Assembly (NCBI GenBank): GCA_937958695.1
Contig: CALGNK010000027.1
Span: forward strand, 44 to 64,043
DNA: 64,000 nt
From: an uncultured bacterium
Lineage (GTDB): Bacteria; DUMJ01
Reading direction: 5' to 3'
Shown here: in pieces, positions 61,337 to 64,000 of the stretch
Position numbering within the stretch: position 1 is the first letter of the stretch
How the letters are laid out: every line of letters begins with the position of its first letter
The notes under the pieces: generated by a model
The model's input: only the letters and a program-made list of their open reading frames with translations
Told to the model about the DNA's origin: nothing
Database searches by the model: none
Made by a program: the position numbers and the translations under genes

Positions 61337-62413
61337 TTATCCAGACTCTCTCAGAACTATACTATCTTCTAAAAGATCTTCTACTAGAGATTTTACTGCT
61401 TCTAATCTTTTACTATCTAAAGCCAAGACATCTAAAGTATCATCATATATCCTAACTACTCCGAATTCCAAATCTTCCTCTGTTTCCTCTTCTGTAGGAA
61501 GGATTATCTGATTGGTACTAAGTAGGATATCAGTTCTAGGATTCCTAACACAGACAAATATCTTTCCTCTAGGGTTGTCCTCTCTTTTGATAAAGAAGGG
61601 GGATAACTCTAATACACTGTTTACCTTATTAATGTCCTTTATTTCATACTCAGAAATCTTAATCCTTGGCTCTTCTTCTTTATGCTGAAATATACTATTT
61701 ATATAGATGTATAATCGGTATCCATAATTGCGAAGAATATCCTCTATAGAGATTGCATCCTTCAAAAACGGTTCTAAGAATTGACTTAAAACGTCTTCTA
61801 ATCCGTCTGGTTTCCTCACTAGCCAAGGGAAAAATACATAGCCTAAGAAGTAAAAGTTGTCATGTGGAACAATCCTACCAAAAGATACTTCTCCCCCAGA
61901 AAATAACTCTATATTCTCATCAAAGACAATATATTCTCTACCAGTTAGAATATCTATGAGTCTAGCCTTACCCAACTTTTTAGTAACGTCCTTTACCTCA
62001 TATACCGACCAGTAAGTTCCCTGAAATCTTTTTAAAAGATTCTTCTCTTTCTCTGTAGCGATATCTTCTTCTAAAAATAACTCTAATGGGGTCTTCCCTT
62101 TAGCCACATACTCATTAAATATAAACCAATCTAAAACTTCTTCCCAATCAGATTTATTTCTAACTAGATCATCAAAACTTTCAGCTGAAGCAAGATCTCC
62201 TCTATCGAACTTCTTTGCAATATCACTAAACGCTTCTCGATAGTTTGTAAATGAATGATAGGCAATCTTATAATACAGAGAAAATTTTAAAAAGTTTACC
62301 GCCAAAGACTCCTCATATAAGGGAAGGCAACATTTTTTAAACTTTTTACCACTTCCACAAGGGCAAGGGTCATTTCTCCCTATATCTATATAACCTTTAA
62401 CTAGCCCTTTCAT
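61337..62413 (-). CDS. SEC-C (zinc-binding) motif-containing protein
   Basis: N-terminal [19 protein letters not shown]; the remainder is of unknown function. Confidence 0.8.
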   Translation of the reverse strand: MKGLVKGYIDIGRNDPCPCGSGKKFKKCCLPLYEESLAVNFLKFSLYYKIAYHSFTNYREAFSDIAKKFDRGDLASAESFDDLVRNKSDWEEVLDWFIFNEYVAKGKTPLELFLEEDIATEKEKNLLKRFQGTYWSVYEVKDVTKKLGKARLIDILTGREYIVFDENIELFSGGEVSFGRIVPHDNFYFLGYVFFPWLVRKPDGLEDVLSQFLEPFLKDAISIEDILRNYGYRLYIYINSIFQHKEEEPRIKISEYEIKDINKVNSVLELSPFFIKREDNPRGKIFVCVRNPRTDILLSTNQIILPTEEETEEDLEFGVVRIYDDTLDVLALDSKRLEAVKSLVEDLLEDSIVLRESG

Positions 62414-62425
62414 ATCGTACTTATA

Positions 62426-63712
62426 TTATTCTTCTCCTTTCTTGACTAATTTGATGAATAAAGGCATTAACTGATTTCCAAGCAATCTACCTAGAGAACC
62501 CTTAGCACAAGCACTTTCAGAAAAGGTGATAGTTCCATCACTATCAATATCTGCTCCGGCTACTAGTAAAGGAACTGGGTCGTCAGAGTGCGCCTTTAAA
62601 GAACAGGGAGTAGAATGGTCTGCAGTAACAGCTATAACAACCTTAGAAAGGTCTATCTTAGGTAAAAGATTTCCAAAAAAGTACTTATCTATAGCAGAGA
62701 TGCTATCTCTCTTTTCAATAGCCTTACCATCATGTCCTGGTACATCTGGACCTTTTAGATGTATATATAAGGCATCATAGTGATTCATATATTCTAAAGC
62801 CTTATCCGCCCTTAAAGGATAGTCTAGTTCAGGATCACCAGTAGGTTCAGGTAGTTCTACGATATCCATCCCGGTAAGCATAGCTATACCCATCTCCACA
62901 GGCATCTCAGCAAAACAGGCAAAGTTTAGTCCAAACAATTCTTTTATATTAGGAAATTGAGGAAGCTTATCACCTGCATCTCGGGTAAGTATAACATTAC
63001 CCATCATCTTCCCTTGCGCCTTCCTTTTCAGATTTACCTCTGCATTATTTAGAACTATATGACTCTTTTCGACAAATTCATTAGTCAAGTCAGCAGCCCT
63101 TTTAGCCTCTATACTGTCATCTAACGGTTTACAAACCTGAAGATAAGGTTCAAATTTTTCCTTGGCTATACCAAAATATCCAATCTTATCATATGCAGGA
63201 TCAGTATTTGTAATATTAGCAGAGAGTGGTCCTTCATGACACCTTATCCATAGTACTCCTCTATGGCCAACAGTACTTACAAACTTAAATTCAGCAGGAT
63301 GGCTTGTTAATTTCACCTTGTTATTTACTTCTTCAGCTAAAGCCTTTGCCTCTTCGGTAGTAAGGTCTCTTCCAGCTCTTCTGTCTACAAGGTATCTATT
63401 ATCATCCATAGTGGCAAAATTTACTCTAAACGCAAGGTCTCCAGGTTGAACATCAATACCAACAGCAAAACATTCTAATGGGCCCCTCCCTGTATAATAT
63501 CTCTCCGCATCATAACCAAGAATGCTAATAACTGCAATATCAGATTCAGGAGCTATCCCTGGAGCTACAGTGTCCACTATACCAGTTCTACCATTTTTAG
63601 CTAAGTTATCCATATTAGGAGTTTCTGCTGCCTCTAAAGGAGTTTTACCATTCAACTCCTTACAGGGCCTATCTCCTAGACCGTCCAATACAACATATAG
63701 TAATTTATACAT
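62426..63712 (-). CDS. apgM: Cofactor-independent phosphoglycerate mutase, ApgM (archaeal-like) family
   Basis: DGLGD, GKTPLEAA.TP, PESD, YTGRGPLE, AFRVN, D..GHDG, ADHSTP and H..DPVP motifs. Confidence 0.9.
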   Translation of the reverse strand: MYKLLYVVLDGLGDRPCKELNGKTPLEAAETPNMDNLAKNGRTGIVDTVAPGIAPESDIAVISILGYDAERYYTGRGPLECFAVGIDVQPGDLAFRVNFATMDDNRYLVDRRAGRDLTTEEAKALAEEVNNKVKLTSHPAEFKFVSTVGHRGVLWIRCHEGPLSANITNTDPAYDKIGYFGIAKEKFEPYLQVCKPLDDSIEAKRAADLTNEFVEKSHIVLNNAEVNLKRKAQGKMMGNVILTRDAGDKLPQFPNIKELFGLNFACFAEMPVEMGIAMLTGMDIVELPEPTGDPELDYPLRADKALEYMNHYDALYIHLKGPDVPGHDGKAIEKRDSISAIDKYFFGNLLPKIDLSKVVIAVTADHSTPCSLKAHSDDPVPLLVAGADIDSDGTITFSESACAKGSLGRLLGNQLMPLFIKLVKKGEE

Positions 63713-63759
63713 TCTAACTATTCACCTCTTTCTTACCAAGGATTAATTGTGTTTATTCC

Positions 63760-63768
63760 ATTATAACA
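63760..63768 (-). promoter_or_regulatory. Extended -10 element upstream of apgM
   Basis: TGtTATAAT on the minus strand; GAGGTG RBS before ATG 63712. Confidence 0.55.
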
Positions 63769-63875
63769 TATAAAAACAAAAACTCTTATATCTTCTGAAA
63801 TTTCTGCGACTTATCCCCCTGCAGAAGTTGCATAACATAAGAGACTATTACTTATAGGAAGGGGTGTCTCTTAGA

Positions 63876-64000
63876 ATGAAAGGAAGAGTAGGAGTACCTC
63901 AGAAAGCTATGCATATTTACTATGGAACATCATTGTATAATAGATCTATTATGAAGACTTGGATTAAAAAATTAGATTTCTCTAAAAATGAAGTAGCTAA
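63876..64000 (+). CDS. Possible start of a divergent gene, truncated by window end
   Basis: ATG after GGAAGGGGTG; open for 41 codons to the edge (MKGRVGVPQKAMHIYYG...); no recognisable motif. Confidence 0.3.
   Translation, partial: MKGRVGVPQKAMHIYYGTSLYNRSIMKTWIKKLDFSKNEVA

Noticed and set aside
54035-62385. Shared DNA word CAAGGGTCATTTCT in the secA 3' end and the SEC-C gene
   Set aside because: Explained by both encoding the RNDPC SEC-C motif; not a mobile-element repeat.

Overview
Low-GC, very densely packed bacterial chromosome segment. The gene set (sepF, DUF881, sbp, TIGR03960/TIGR03936, apgM) suggests an anaerobic Terrabacteria-type organism, possibly Dictyoglomota-like; this is inference only. 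The window has five blocks. (1) 1-3190: tail of a probably horizontally acquired BREX-related defence locus (DUF1156 DNA methylase C-terminus plus DUF499 ATPase), followed by a repeat-rich boundary at about 3240-3610. (2) 3757-9069 (+): operon of GT4, six-hairpin glycosidase-like protein, ManC, atypical NadE and YdjC deacetylase. (3) 43565 down to 9059 (-): a run of about 34.5 kb joining the dcw cluster (mraZ to ftsZ, sepF), hisS-aspS, an orphan rnfB-apbE-Gx trio, maf-mreBCD-mrdA-minCDE-rodA, radical SAM genes and ruvX. (4) mrp-hslO (+). (5) 63712 down to 45347 (-): apgM, SEC-C protein, DUF1015, a 1216-aa TPR/DUF3857 transglutaminase-like protein, secA, frameshifted prfB and mltG, then a cassette of GH105, GT2, an unknown alpha/alpha-toroid protein and a flippase + GT-C + degenerate NodB fusion. 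The strongest candidates for novelty are that envelope-glycosylation cassette, three genes (rodA, mreC, a radical SAM gene) whose expected N-termini lack any ATG/GTG/TTG start, and the GT4/NadE-variant operon. No rRNA, intact tRNA, CRISPR array or transposase was seen. All family assignments come from motif recognition, not database searches.
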